From assembly GCA_051294375.1 (NCBI GenBank), contig JBJCIZ010000239.1, forward strand, positions 3,824,402-3,888,401: 64,000 bases of DNA. Reading direction: 5' to 3'. A program made the position numbers and the translations under genes. The stretch is from Paraspadella gotoi (taxonomy: Eukaryota > Animalia > Chaetognatha). Below are positions 37,701 to 51,319 of the stretch, piece by piece. Numbering within the stretch: the stretch's first letter is position 1; every line of letters starts with the position of its first letter. The notes under the pieces were generated by a model. That model saw only the letters and a program-made list of their open reading frames with translations. It did not search any database and had not been told where the DNA came from.

Positions 37701-40700
37701 GGCTTACCAATTTTAAAGAACCATTAGCTTTTATTAGTAATATGCAAAATAAATTATTATATAATTATTACACAAAACTTTATAATAACGCATGATAACG
37801 CTAGAATGTTAATAACCCGAGTACGCAAAGTATGAAAGAGTTATATTTTTTTTACCCATCATTTTTCCATCATTTATACTGAATCAAGTATTGTATTGTA
37901 TATTAGTACAATTAATCTAAATAGACAATAATGAGCAAATTCGCATTTTCAATTTTCTTGTATGAATGGGAAGTTGTTCTTTCCCTCGTCGCTGCTGCTT
38001 ACTGCCCTTAGTGTCTAATTATTTGAATATTTAAAGGTATTTTCTAAACCCTTATAATGATTACTATAATTTTTTTACAGCTTTTTTTGCAATTCATTTT
38101 CAAACAAAAACAGACATCATAATAAACATTTAAATAAATTAAAAAAAATTGAATTAAATGATTTTGGAATAAAAAATATTTTTTTGAAACATTGAAGAAA
38201 TGGATATATGAGTCAGGAAAAAATATTTTTGCAATTCGTAAAAAATCAAGCCTCTAGCCTTTCGATTTTTCTAGAGGGCTGATTTTTTTTTTTTGGAATA
38301 TTTTTACATTTTCTATGTCAATAAAAAACGCAATTATTTACTCAATGAAAGCAATATGGTTTGGTCGGATGAAAAATTTTTTTTCGACCATAACAAATTT
38401 TGAAAAAAATTTTCATAACGTTTTGCTAAATATTATTTAGGCTTTTTATTGGGGGTAAATAAATAAAAATAATTATTATAGGCGAAATGGGTACATTCGT
38501 GAAGTGAATATTCCTTCTATGACAAAAGAATATAAACTTTCTTTCAAGTTTTATTTTGGAATATTTTAAGTATTTGTACCCAGAAATTACAGTGAAGATA
38601 CTGGCCCGCTTTAGCTGAAATTTATCTTACATTAAAGCATAAGAATTTGTACTGCGGCGTAATTTTAACAAAACGTCTATTTTTTTTTTAAATAACTTTT
38701 GAAAAAGAAGAAAAGGGTAGCAAAAGGTGATGTGGTAATACGATATTAAAGGGCCCTTAATTCATGGGACAGGACTCTTTCTAAAAAAAATAGAAGTTTT
38801 ATAAAATTAAATGGCACATAAATTTTTACACAGCTTTTGTTTTAAAATTCGAGAAGTTAAAAGTATGAAAGACAGTTTTTTTGCTTAAAAAATTATTCGA
38901 ATGAATGGCATATGAATATATTTTTTTTTTTTTTCTTTTGTAATTTGAAAAAGGAAAGAAACTGAATTTTACTATTTTTGTTTATTATTGAATAATTTTT
39001 TAATTCGCATAATAAATTGCTTATAATTTTTTTTCACGTTAAAGTAAAAAACAAGCCAAATCAAAAAAGAAATTTTATGTTATGCTTGATAAAATATATT
39101 TTTTAAATAATTAACAAAATGGAATAAAATAAGTAAGAAAAATGTGTTTTTCAGGCTTGATATAAACAGTCTGGGACATCTACGGCTCTTGTCTGTGAAA
39201 AAAAAATCGTCATTTTCAGATTATCTTTTAACCTGGCAAACTAAAAAGCTTGACACACTGCTTGTTTATCATATTAAAGTTGGTAAAAATTATATAGGCT
39301 GGTAGCAATATATTGACAAAAGGCAAAACATTCCATTGTGTTAATTTGTATGATAATTTTTTTTTAATTATACGTATAAGAGAATTTAATTTTAGTATTT
39401 ATCATCCATTTTAATTAAGGAAAAAATAAATTTTCTCGGTAATAAGCTGGAGCTGGCGGATTGGAAAGCGGCTTTCAATTTGACTGACTTAAATGAATAA
39501 ATTTTTTTAAAGATTTGCTTTAAGCTGCTCCTATTTATCATAGAATATAAAAGTATTCATGGTATTAATTTAAATAGGTCCAGATTATCATGTACCCCTT
39601 TTCTGGCAAAGCCTGCATTCCAATATTTTTTTTTTTTTTCCTTTTCAATGTATTAAATAAAAATTAATTGTGAGAGAACAATGCGGCGTGGAGGTATGCA
39701 TTGGTAAGGCGCTTAGTTACCCGCGCCACGCGTCGCCACTTTTGTCCGGATCGATATTTTAAAAATGAGGTTTTTTTTTTCCATGCTATTTTTGAGACAT
39801 AACCACTAACTATTAGTACTAGTAAATATATTTTTTTTTATTTTTTTTTCTATTAGCAGATGTTCTATTGAATATAATATGATATAAGTAACAACCTTTT
39901 TTAAAAAATGAAAATATTTTTATTAAATTATATATGCTTTCACCCTATAATTCAAGTCATATCGAAAAAAACAACAAAAAAAAAACAGAATTTTGGGCAT
40001 TGAATATTTTGGATATGCTAAGGGCATATTGAAACTATAACGTTTCAAAAGAAAATAAAAAGAAATATACATAATATTGGTTGATAACAGTGGAATTTTT
40101 TTTTTAATGCACAGGAACAGTAAACGTTACGGAGCGCTCTATTTTTTCATTGTGGTCGCTATCGCGTTAAATTGCTTTGAGGAACAATGCAGCAAATACA
40201 GCCCAGCACGTAACGAAAAACAACAAGAACAGTAAAATCCTACACAGAAAATAAAACGAAGACCTCACAGTAAAAACAACTACGCTGCACAGAGCCACAA
40301 CGTAACAACAACGCAATACTAACTATGACAATTTAACAACGAACAACATCCACGAGAAAGCGAATCCACTATTACAACAACAATAAGAAAGAAGCATAGT
40401 CTTAAAACACTACTAAAGATACGTATGAAAACAATCGACCATTTACACTAGCAACCAACAACAATGATGATTCTTAACAACAACTAGCAAAAGACGTTGA
40501 AACAACGACGGCGCTCAGCAAGCAAGCAACATAATAACAACAACGGGTCGTCATCTTCTGTGCACCTGCTTGGCCTGGCTAATGGAACGGGTCCCGTGGG
40601 CTCGGAACGCTAGGCCTTGAATGGTTTTGCCACGTCCCCAAGGCAGGTTTAAGGCCCCGTCCGTGCACTCTTCCTCAAGGGATCGATAAAACGGTAGGGA

Positions 40701-42325
40701 ATAATAATAACGCTCAAGCGAACTGAATGTTATTACTCGATTAGCCACGCAGGTACCACGACCTGTCAGGTTTATAGCGGCGTAAACTTGATGCCCAAAA
40801 AAAAAAGAAAAAAAAAAAAGAAAAAAACTTGATGCATATGCCGCGACTACAGAAGGTGCGGAAACAGATGACGGGAAAGAAAAGAAGACAAAATAACGAG
40901 TAGCAAGATGTAAACAGAATAATATTTGTGGTTTCAATTTTCAAATGAGAATTGAGTACTGTCAAATGCTCATTTACACATATTGTAGGCAGTTTAGGAT
41001 TAAATTTTCGTCAGCATATACTTTTGAATACAGCAGAGTTTTCAGCAGTAGTTCTTTATTTTTGACGATTTAGGCATCTTTTAATAGGTTTACAAATGAA
41101 CAACGACGACAGACGGATCGACAGGACAAAACAGACACTAACATTAGACATCGTACAACAACGAGGAATAGACCGCGTCAACCGTCGTCTCCGCGCACTC
41201 GCTGCTTCATGTGCTCACGCGCCGTCTCCAGAATTTTTCCCGTGGCGTATGAAGCTGAACGTGATGAAAAAGAAAAAAGTAAAAGAAGAGAAAATGATCG
41301 TGCGATGAGAAGTTTTGGGCGGGATCGAGAACTTGATCTCCCATCGTTAGAAGGTGGGGGTGGCGGCAGTGGTGGGTTGACGGAGGTGTGGTTCAGTGCG
41401 TTGCAGCTGCGGCGGGGTGGGTGGGTGTAGGAGAAAAATTCAGGGGGTGGAAAAGGAGAAGTTTTTAGAGACTGGGAAGGAGGAAGTGAGAGGGGGGTAG
41501 AGAGAGATAAGAAGCGGACAAAAAAAACAAAACAAACAATATTTCTATCAATATTTCTATATCTTTCCCTCCTCCACAGACTGGCCTTCATGACGATTGC
41601 CAAGCTCCTTCTCAAGTTAGAGACCTGTTCCTCCTCGCGACGGACGAGCGATGAGCAAAGCGGAAAACTGGGATTCTTGGACGCGTATTTGCGGCATCAG
41701 GTTAGCGATGCCGAGTTTATTTGCGGCATCAGGTGAGCGATGCCGAGTTTATTTTCGGCATTGGGTGAGTGATGCCGTGTTTATTTGCAGCATCAGGTGA
41801 GCGATGCCGAGTCTATTTGCGGCATCAGGTGAGTGAGGCCTAATTGATTTGCGGCAATAGGGGATCGATGCGCAATTGATTAGTTACGTCAATATATGTG
41901 ACATATTTCATACGAAATCATCTCTAATGATATCATATCAATTATCAAGTAACGGATCATGTCGACTATCATGGCACGATTTTCATGTCTTGAACCACTT
42001 CAGCAATCATGTCACAACTCCTGGCCCATGTCACTTATCACATCATGATCAAGTCACGACTCGAATCAAATGTCACCATCATATCGCTTCAACTTTCCAT
42101 GTCAGGTCCGCTTCCCCTCAGCAACCTCTTCCCAGACCTCCACTCCCGAAGCAACCCCCAAGAGGCTCGTCGCTCGCTCGGGGTCGATGTTGAGTCTTCG
42201 TCGACCCTCTAGACAAACGTCGAAGGCTTCGTGGACGTCGAAGCTCAAACCCGTCTACAGACAGGTCGGTGAAGGAGGGAAAGGGTCTCAATTTGTCTCT
42301 CTCTATCTGATACATTGCTTCACTC

Positions 42326-42371
<46 letters not shown>

Positions 42372-44891
42372 TTTCTTTCTACATTTCTTTCTCTCTCTCT
42401 CTCCTCTCCCCACAGGACATCCACGAGTCCGTTGTCACCCAATGGCTCCTCGTCCAGAACAACCCCGAGGCCAGAGGCGTTCCGATCTTCAACGCAGCCT
42501 TCTTCCTCCAACTCGTCGTCGAGAGCATGAAGCACCGACTGCACAGAGAGGGAAAGCTGAGGGCGCCGGAGCGGCGGAACGTTTTTGAGGAAGGGTTTCT
42601 GCAGGACGTGAGGGTACGGAGGAAATTGGATATTTTTTCATTAGCAACCCATTTCAACTTAAATTTAGATTTTAGTTATTTTTTAGTTTTAAATATTAAG
42701 GATGAGGGATTCGAGTTAAGGGTGATGGTTAGGGATATGGTGAGGTTGTAATAACAGGGATTATAATTAATGAATAATGATTAAGGGATTTGGTTTAAGG
42801 TTAAAGATTGGTTAGAGAGTTGAGAGAAACAGAAATGGAGCGCTTTCGAAAAATAGTGGAAGATTAAAAACGTGAGCGTAAAGAATGCAGTCACGCATGT
42901 AAGGACTGGATTGAGAAAGAATGACTCGAGAGGTGAGGTTTAGAGCTGTGAACTTGAGGGTGAGTAAAACTGCCGGAAGGGTGAAGAAGGGTGAAGAAGG
43001 GTGAGAGGCTCCGCCAAGCTGTTATTGAGTTAATTAAAGTTTAGAACTAAATACACGCGGGTAAGTAAAATACTGTAGGATTTCTTAACCGACCTTGTTC
43101 CTCTTTTTTTTTTTGAGACTTTCCCTCCCCCCCCTCACCCCCTCTCATTCCTTACCCTCCCGCCAGACCCTCACCGACGCCCTCGCGTCCGAGATCTCCG
43201 CCCGCGCTCAGCGCCGCCGCTGGCTCCGCTTCGTGAGGCCAGAGCGCTGCGCGCCTGCGGGGCCTCAAACGTCGGCCGTCCGCCTGGAGGTTCCCGTCCG
43301 CCGCCGACCTCTTCTCTGGGTGCTGACTGCGCTCGATCGAGGGCCGGTCGTTTTTTCGACTCTCTTGGCGCCCGATATTTGCGCCAGACAACGCGTTTAG
43401 AAAGGGGGGGGGAAAGCTGGTTGTCGTTGTCGTTGTTGTTGTGAGAATGGTTGATGTTGTTTGGTGATCATGTCGTTGTTATTGTTGAGGTCGTCGTTTT
43501 TTTGTTTTTTTTTGGCGCTATGGATTTGGTGTTTCTTTTTTTGATTCGTTTCGTTTTTGTTTTGTTTGTTTTTTATGTTTTTATTTTGTCTCATTTTTTA
43601 CCATTTTTTTATTTATTTGTTTGTTTTATTGGGTTTCTTTGTAATTGTTTGTTTTACCTGTTTTGTGATATGTTTTGTTTGGTTTTATTGATTTTTTTTT
43701 TAGTAGTCTCTTTTTTATTGCAAAAAACCCAAAATTATTTATAGTACAGTATAGCAGATTCTGGCTCTATAATTCACTTTGCGAGTCCGTCGGGACTACA
43801 ACTTAAATCTTGTCGATAAATCACATCAGATCGAATTGATGTCTGTATGTCTGTCTGTCAGTCCATCCGTCTGTCCGTCCTTCCCCCAGTTAGCTTTAAA
43901 GGCCAATTGCTCGTGAGTGGAGCATGAGAACGACTTGAAATTGTATTGTGTGGGTGATAAAGTTGGGATAGAGCGGGAAATAAAGTTTTTTTTTTTATTT
44001 TCTGGAATCGTCCTAATGAAAATGAATTGTAAATAGGATGATCATGCTTTTTTCCCCCCCTTTTGTGTTGAATATAAATGCAAGAATATAAATGCAAGAT
44101 GTTACGACGATAACTCCAACGATTATAAAACTTCGCCTCAACCACAACTACCAATACAATTAATATCACCATAAGCATAACTATTATATTATATTATAAC
44201 GACCATGACCGGCATGATTAGTTAAATTTATAATAAAATAATCGATTGATCGATTAATCAATAAATTAATTAATTAATTAATTGGGATTAATTAATTACC
44301 ACTTAATGACCGTGAACTGATCCGGCATTGTTCGCTCAAGCTCGTTCTCTCATTTTAGTCACCCCGTCCACCGCCTCCGCCACCCCAGCCCCATCCACCG
44401 CTCCACCCGGCGCCGCCACCCTCGCCTCTCTACGTCTCGACGCCCTCGCCGTCCTCGGCGCCCACGAACACTTCGCGGCGCTGAACGCGGCGTCGCCGGA
44501 ATCCTCGCTCCTGCTGCTGGAGCGGAAGAGGGAGGTTGGAGCCGGCCGACGGCGGTTTGGAGGAGCGAGAGGAGTCGGTCCCGTCGATTTCACCACCGTG
44601 ACGATATGCGGCGGAAGGAGGAGGAGGAGGGAGTGTTTGGGGTGAGAGAGGGGGCGGGAGGAAGAGAGAGAGAGCGAGAGAGAGAAGAGAGAGAGAGAGA
44701 GACGAGAAGAGAGAGGAGAGAGAGAGAAGAGAAAGAGAAATAGAAAAAAATAAGGAAAGTGGAGAGAGTGTAAAAAAAGTGAGAGAGAGAGAGAGAAAGA
44801 GAAGAGAGAGAGAGAGCAGAGAGAGAGAGAGAGAGAAAATGAAAATTAAGGGAGAGAGAAAAATGTTAGGGAAAGAGAAGAGACGAGAGAG

Positions 44892-44922
<31 letters not shown>

Positions 44923-44976
44923 GAGGAGAGAAATAGAAAAAAATAGAGGAAAGTGGCGAGAGGTAAAAAGAAAGGA

Positions 44977-45012
<36 letters not shown>

Positions 45013-45057
45013 AAGAAAAAATTAAGGGAGAGAGAAAAAGTGAAAGAGAGAGAGAGA

Positions 45058-45091
<34 letters not shown>

Positions 45092-48000
45092 AATTAGAAA
45101 ATTAAGGGAGAGAGAAAAAAGTGAAAGAGGAGAGACATGAATGAGAGACAGAATGAGAGAGCGAGAGAGAGAGAGAAATAGAAAATTCAAGGGAGAGAGA
45201 AAAAACGTGAAGCGAGAGAGAGAGAGAGAGAAGAGAGAAGGCGAAAAAGGAGAATGAGAGGCAGGAGAGCGAGAGATCAGAGATGACGAGGACCGCACCA
45301 GAGAGAGAAGAGAGAGAATAGAAAAAATTAACGGGAGAGAGAAAAAAGGTGAAGACCGGAGAGAGAGAGAAGGAGAGCAATGGATGGAGACAGAGCAGGC
45401 AGAGAGGGCGGGTAGGGGGAAAGATAAGAGGGAGTGAGAAAAGCAGATGGGGGGTCAATGAGAGAGAGAGAGAGGAGGAGGCAGATAAGGAGAGAGAGGA
45501 AGGGAGATTAACAAATTTGAAGGAAAAAAAAATGAAAGAAACAAAGAAAGAAAGAAAGAAAGGAAAAAAAACAAACCAAAAAACAAATTGCTAAAATTTT
45601 TTACTCTCGCTATTCATTCTCCAATCACTGATTGGTCAATTAGCAATCACTTCATTCGCTTTCCTCCACAGATTTACGATCGGAGATGACGGACGTTGAC
45701 CTCGACGCCGACGACGACGACGACGACGACGACGCCGACGACGACGACGCCGACGCCTCCAAATCCTATCGATCGGCGGAGTTTTTGACGTCGCCCAATT
45801 TCTTGACTCGTCTCGTTTTCTCGGAAGTGAGGGGATGTCTGTCCAGCGACCATTTGGATCTTCATTATCAGGTGATGGTCGTTTTTAACGTTTTCGTCGG
45901 TTATGTCATTCTGCCTGGCGTCTCTGGTGATCTTAAAGAAAACGACTCCTGGTGAAGGATGACATTTGAAAGCTAAGTAGCTTCGATTTACATTGCATCA
46001 TAAAGCGGAACTTTTTAGTTGCGCCGCGAGTACTCTTGGAGCGATTCTATAAGTCACTTTTCGGTCGGTGTGTCGGTTGGTCCGTCGATTGGTAAGTCCG
46101 TCTGTCGATCTGTAAGTCCGTCTGTCGATCTGTCCCACTTCCGTTAAAAATGCATATAATTTCCCTATAGTTGCTTGCTCATTTGTTAAGACAGAAAAAA
46201 ACCTCAAATCTAAGGGACTGCTTGTGCCGCCTTCAGGAATTCTTAAAATTATAAAGAATAAAAGACGGAATTTTGATGAGGTGCATATCATAAATACAAG
46301 GGCTAAAAAAGTTTTTAGTCAGGTTACGTCATGTCATGTCTTATCATGTGATCAAAGGGAAAGACACGTAAAAATATAGTCACTGTGACGCAACACATTG
46401 GAATCACCGTTCTTGTTTTTCTGAAATTTGATATCGATATCAAAAGTCTTAGATTTTTTTTTATATTTCATTTTCATAACTTCTCTGCTCCCTTTCTTCC
46501 TCCCTTCTCTCTCCCCTACTTAACCCTTTCCTCCTTCCCCTCTTTCCTCCCTTCTCTCCTCTCACCCCTCCCCCCCCCTGCGAAAGGCGATCGACCTCCT
46601 CCGCCATCTTCTCCTTCGCCTCGATCTCGATCCTCGCCTCGACGACCAACGTCGCCACGCCCACTTCGACTCCACCCGCTCCGACTCTTCCGACATCCGC
46701 TCCTCCATCGCCGCTCCTTTCCTTCCTCTCCTCGATCTCGTCCTCTCGACCGTCGATCGCCTCCACGATCCTCGACGGGCTCGTCCGCTGTCTCCGACGG
46801 CGCCGACGACGCCCGGCGGCGCGCCGACGACGCCGGAAGTTCCCGTCGGGACGGCGCCGGTTCTTGGCTACGGCGAGGAGGAGACGCGCCATCTCTTGCT
46901 CTGTTTCGTTTGGACGTTGAAGAATCTGGGCGAGGCGGAGTTGGGGGGTTGGCTCGCCGGGATGAGGATGTCCAGGTGTGAGGGGGGAATTAAGCAAAGG
47001 AGGAAAACTACGTAAATATGTTGGGGAATGTTTGGTTGATTAGTTCATTAAAAATACTAAATCAGTTGCGCTAAGAGTTGTCTCCGAGAGATAGCATTTA
47101 ATTAAAAATCAATTGGCCTTTTTTTTTTAATTCCATTATCATTATCTCAGTGATTCTCTTTAGTCTTTATTCTAATTTAATATTTAATATTAGATAATTT
47201 TGCCCTCTTCACGGTCATATTAAATGATTTTTTGGCTTTGCCTTCTTTTCCGATCCAGTTTTAAGACTTTCTGCCGCGTTGTACAACTCTGCCAGGACAA
47301 CTTCGTCTACAGAGGAAAGGCCGCCTACGATCCGGCCATGCGCCTCTCCAGCCAAAAGGCTTCGAGGTGGGACCAAAGTTGGGCCTTATTTTCCCAGAAC
47401 GACCCGTTTTTATCTTAAATTCGGAATTGAAGTTTAATTTTTTTTGAGTTAAAGATTAGATTAAAGGTTAGGGTTAGGATTAGGTTAGTGATTTAAGGTT
47501 AATGGACTTGGGTTATGGATTTGGGGTAGGGACTAGCCTATAGGCTATAGGATTATAAATTAAGACAATGGGTTTAAATTAAATTAAATTATTTTTATTA
47601 AATTTGATTAATTAAAATTAATTAAATTTACATTTAAATTATAACCATAATATTTATTTTGATTATGTTATTAAATTTATAATCAAATCCAGCACCCTAA
47701 TTCCCAACCCTTATCCCTCACCATAATCCCTAACCTAATTTTGAATCCTCTCCCTAAACCCATTGTTTTAATTTATAATCCTATAGCCTATAGGCTAGTC
47801 CCTAACCCCAAATCCCTAACCAAGATCCAAACCTAATCACTAACCTAATCCTAACCCTAACCTTTAATCTAATCTTTAACTCAAAAAAAAATTAAACTTC
47901 AATTCCGAATTTAACTTTAATTAATTAATTAATTAAAGTTACTAATTTAAACTCCGGTTAGTTAATTAAAATTAGTTGAAATTTCATTCCTCACATTTTG

Positions 48001-51000
48001 TCCGTTTCGATGATGATTCGTCCAATCGGAAAGTCCTCGGTAGTTTTTATCCGAGTCGCCGACCCGATTCCATCTTTGGTTCCGATTCCATCTGTGATGA
48101 TTAATTAATTTATTAAATAATTAATTAATTAAAAATTACACTCATCAAATTAAAACTCCAAAAGGACCAAGAAGATCATCGAGGATTCCTTCCGCAAGAT
48201 CCACCGCGAAGTCAACGCCTCCTCTAAGGACGTCCGTGCGGAGGTGGAGGAAGAAGAGGAGATGGCGCTCCCGGCGCCGGCTCGGTCTTCCCCGCTGGTC
48301 CGGCGTCGCCGCGGTTCCGCCGCCGGCCCCGCGGGATCGCTCCGCCGCGGCGCCAAGATCAACTCGGTCCCGGACAACTTCGAGAATCTCGGCGTCGCGG
48401 ATTCCGACGCCGAGGGATCCTCCGAGCCGACCGTCAGAGCCTTCAAACGCATCAAGAGGGATTTCTGGAAGAGATCGTCCAAGGGTGCCTCGCCGTCGAA
48501 GGAGGTCGTGGACGGAGAGACGATGAGGGCGACGGAACGCGCCGCTCGAGTGGCGGGTGAGTTTTGAGGGGGGGAAGGGAGGGGAAGGTAAGGTGGTAGA
48601 CCGTCCGTTGGGAAATTTTTGGATGAGCTGTGGCCACTGGTCAGTGGCCACGTGTTATTTTTGTCTACTTAACTCAACCAGAAAATAAAAAAAAGGTAAA
48701 CGAATACTTAAATTGGTCAATAAATACATTAGTGAATTTATTAATAGATTTCCTTTTTTCAACAAATAACACCAATGACAGCAATGACTTATTCACTAAC
48801 TCACCCGGAAACTCTCTCACTCGTTAGTTGTGACTCATTCACAAAGTTACTTCGCGCTTAAATTCACTAAAATTCCATCTCTCTCTTCTCTCTTCTCTCT
48901 CTTCTCTCTCTCCTCTCTCTCTCTTCTCTCTCTCTCTCTCTCCCTCTCTCCTCTCTCTCTCTCTCTAGCCCCCTTTCCTCTCCGTCGAGGTCGACCTCGT
49001 GCTCCTCGACTCACTCCTCCTCTTCCTCTCCGTCGTCAAAGTCTCCAAGTCTCACGACGGAATGCTGCGTCGAGTCGCGCGGCTCTACCTCGACGGCCTG
49101 TGGTTAGGGCGGCGCCGCGGCGTCGTCGACGACGCCGACTTCACCGCACGCGGCGCCGTTTCCGCCTCCGCCCATTTTTCCGCTCTCTGTTCCCTACTTC
49201 TCTCGGCGCCTCAGATATTCTTCGGCGACGTGGCGCCGAAGATCGTGGGCGACGTCGTCGAGGTCCTCGTCGCCGGCGGCGTGGATTCGCGAGTTGCGGC
49301 GACGCGGGACGCCGCGGCGGCGACGCTGGCTGCGCTGCTGCGGATGAATTGGAGGTTTCGGCGGAGGGAGGAGGGGGTTTTTTCTTTTCATCTAAATTAA
49401 AACGATACGTAAATAATAATTGATAATAACTAAAAATAATTAATAAAGAAAAGAGAGAAGAAGGAAATATTGAAAGAAAGAAGGAAAAAAAAAGTCAGAG
49501 AGAGAAAAAAAAAAGAAAAATAAAGAAAGAAATTAAAGCAATTTAAAAAAAAAGAAAGAGATAAAAAAAAAAACGACGCAAAAGTGGAAAATAAATAAGA
49601 CCAGCAAATGACCTCATTACTCCACGAACCAACCAAACAGGTAAGTAACTAACCAACCTAACAATCAAACAAACAAACTTACCAACAAAACCCAACCAAT
49701 ACAATATTTTTTATTGCCTCCCTTCTTCCGTCAACTCCGAGATGCCTCGGCAACGTCTCTCGCTCCAAACTCCGACTCTTCTTCTCATTCGACGCCGCTC
49801 TCCGTCGAACCCACGACGCCGCTAGAGTCCGCGGCGCCTTGCTCTCCCACTTGGCGACGATACGGCGCCTCGTCGAGTCCGACGAAAGTCTGTCGGGCGA
49901 GGCCGACAAGGATTCCGCCCGCGGGGCCGCGGACTTTACCGACAAAGTCGTCGAAGCCGTAGATCTTCTCGCCGACGCCGTGGACGCAGCCGCCGGAATC
50001 TCGGCCGCGGCCGACGACCGACTCGAGGTTAGGGAAAAGTGAAAATTTAAAAAAAGAATATTTAACATGTATCTAAAAATGTGAATAAAGATTTTTCAAA
50101 TTTTTTGGGTATTTATATATGTATATTTTATATTATATATTATATTTTATTTATATATATAATTGCTAAATCTTTATTTCGAGGCCCTGGCGCGACTCGC
50201 CGACGACTACCGCTCGGCTCCGGATCTACGGCTTCGTCGTCTCGAGGAGATGGCGGCGACTCACGCCGGAAACGAGCGTCATGCGGAGGCGGCGCTCTGT
50301 TTTACTCGAGCCGCGGCGCTGCTGGTCGAGCATCTGGCTGCGGCGGAGAGCGACGCGTCCCTTCCGCTGCCGCATCGAAGGGAGGAAGCGGAGGAAGAGG
50401 AGGAGGAAGAGGAAGGAAAGGAAGAAGAAAAGAAAGAGAAAGATTCCTCCATCACCTCCGCGCGGCTGCCGCGGCTCTGCCGCAAACCCGACTGCGTCAA
50501 CGGCTGCTGCATCTTCGCCCTCGTGTCTCCTTCGGTCAAGGAGGAAATGAACGCTCTCGACGAGGGAGTCGAGCCGGCGGAAGAGGAGGTGTGCCAATTC
50601 GACGCCTTCAACGTGGACGAACTGCTGCGACTCGTCGACTCGGCCGCCACCGCCTTCGAAAAGGCCCACATGTTCGAGAAGGTCAACGACGTCTTCAAGG
50701 TCACCCTGCCCGTCTACGAGAGTCGGAGGAATTTTCGAAGGCTGCAGGAAATCCACGGGCTGTTGGGGGACGCCTTCGAGATGCTGGACAGATGCGAGAT
50801 TGCGAGGTGAGCTGGGTGATTTGGTTTGGATTGATTGATTGATTGATTGTCTGATGGATTAAATTCGATTGATCGACGAAATTTATTGATTTATTGATTT
50901 TTGAATGAAGGATTATTGTTTATAACCTGATTGATTGATTGATTAATTGATCGATTGATCGACTGATTTTTCCTTCCCCTTTCCGTCAGATCCTACCGAC

Positions 51001-51220
51001 GCACCCTCTGCTACTCTTCCTACTTTCGCGTCTCCTACTTTGGCGCGGCGGCGTCCACCGGCGCCATCGCCACGCCCACCCGCGACGGCGCCGATTTCGT
51101 GATCCGCGAGTCGAAATTCGCGCGTCTCGCCGACGTCGCCGGCGCGGTCGACGCCGAGGCGAGGAAAAGGTTCGGCGACGACGCCGTGGTGTCGTTGAAG
51201 GTAAGGTTAATCTTATCTTT

Positions 51221-51319
<99 letters not shown>

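Noticed and set aside
41687-41872. CRISPR-like array of 32-bp palindromic repeats
   Set aside because: Units are contiguous with no unique spacers, there are no cas genes, and the context is a eukaryotic intron.
50081-50842. Overlapping alternative-frame and antisense ORFs across DOCK exons
   Set aside because: Shadow ORFs caused by GC-rich codon usage; only one frame matches DHR2.
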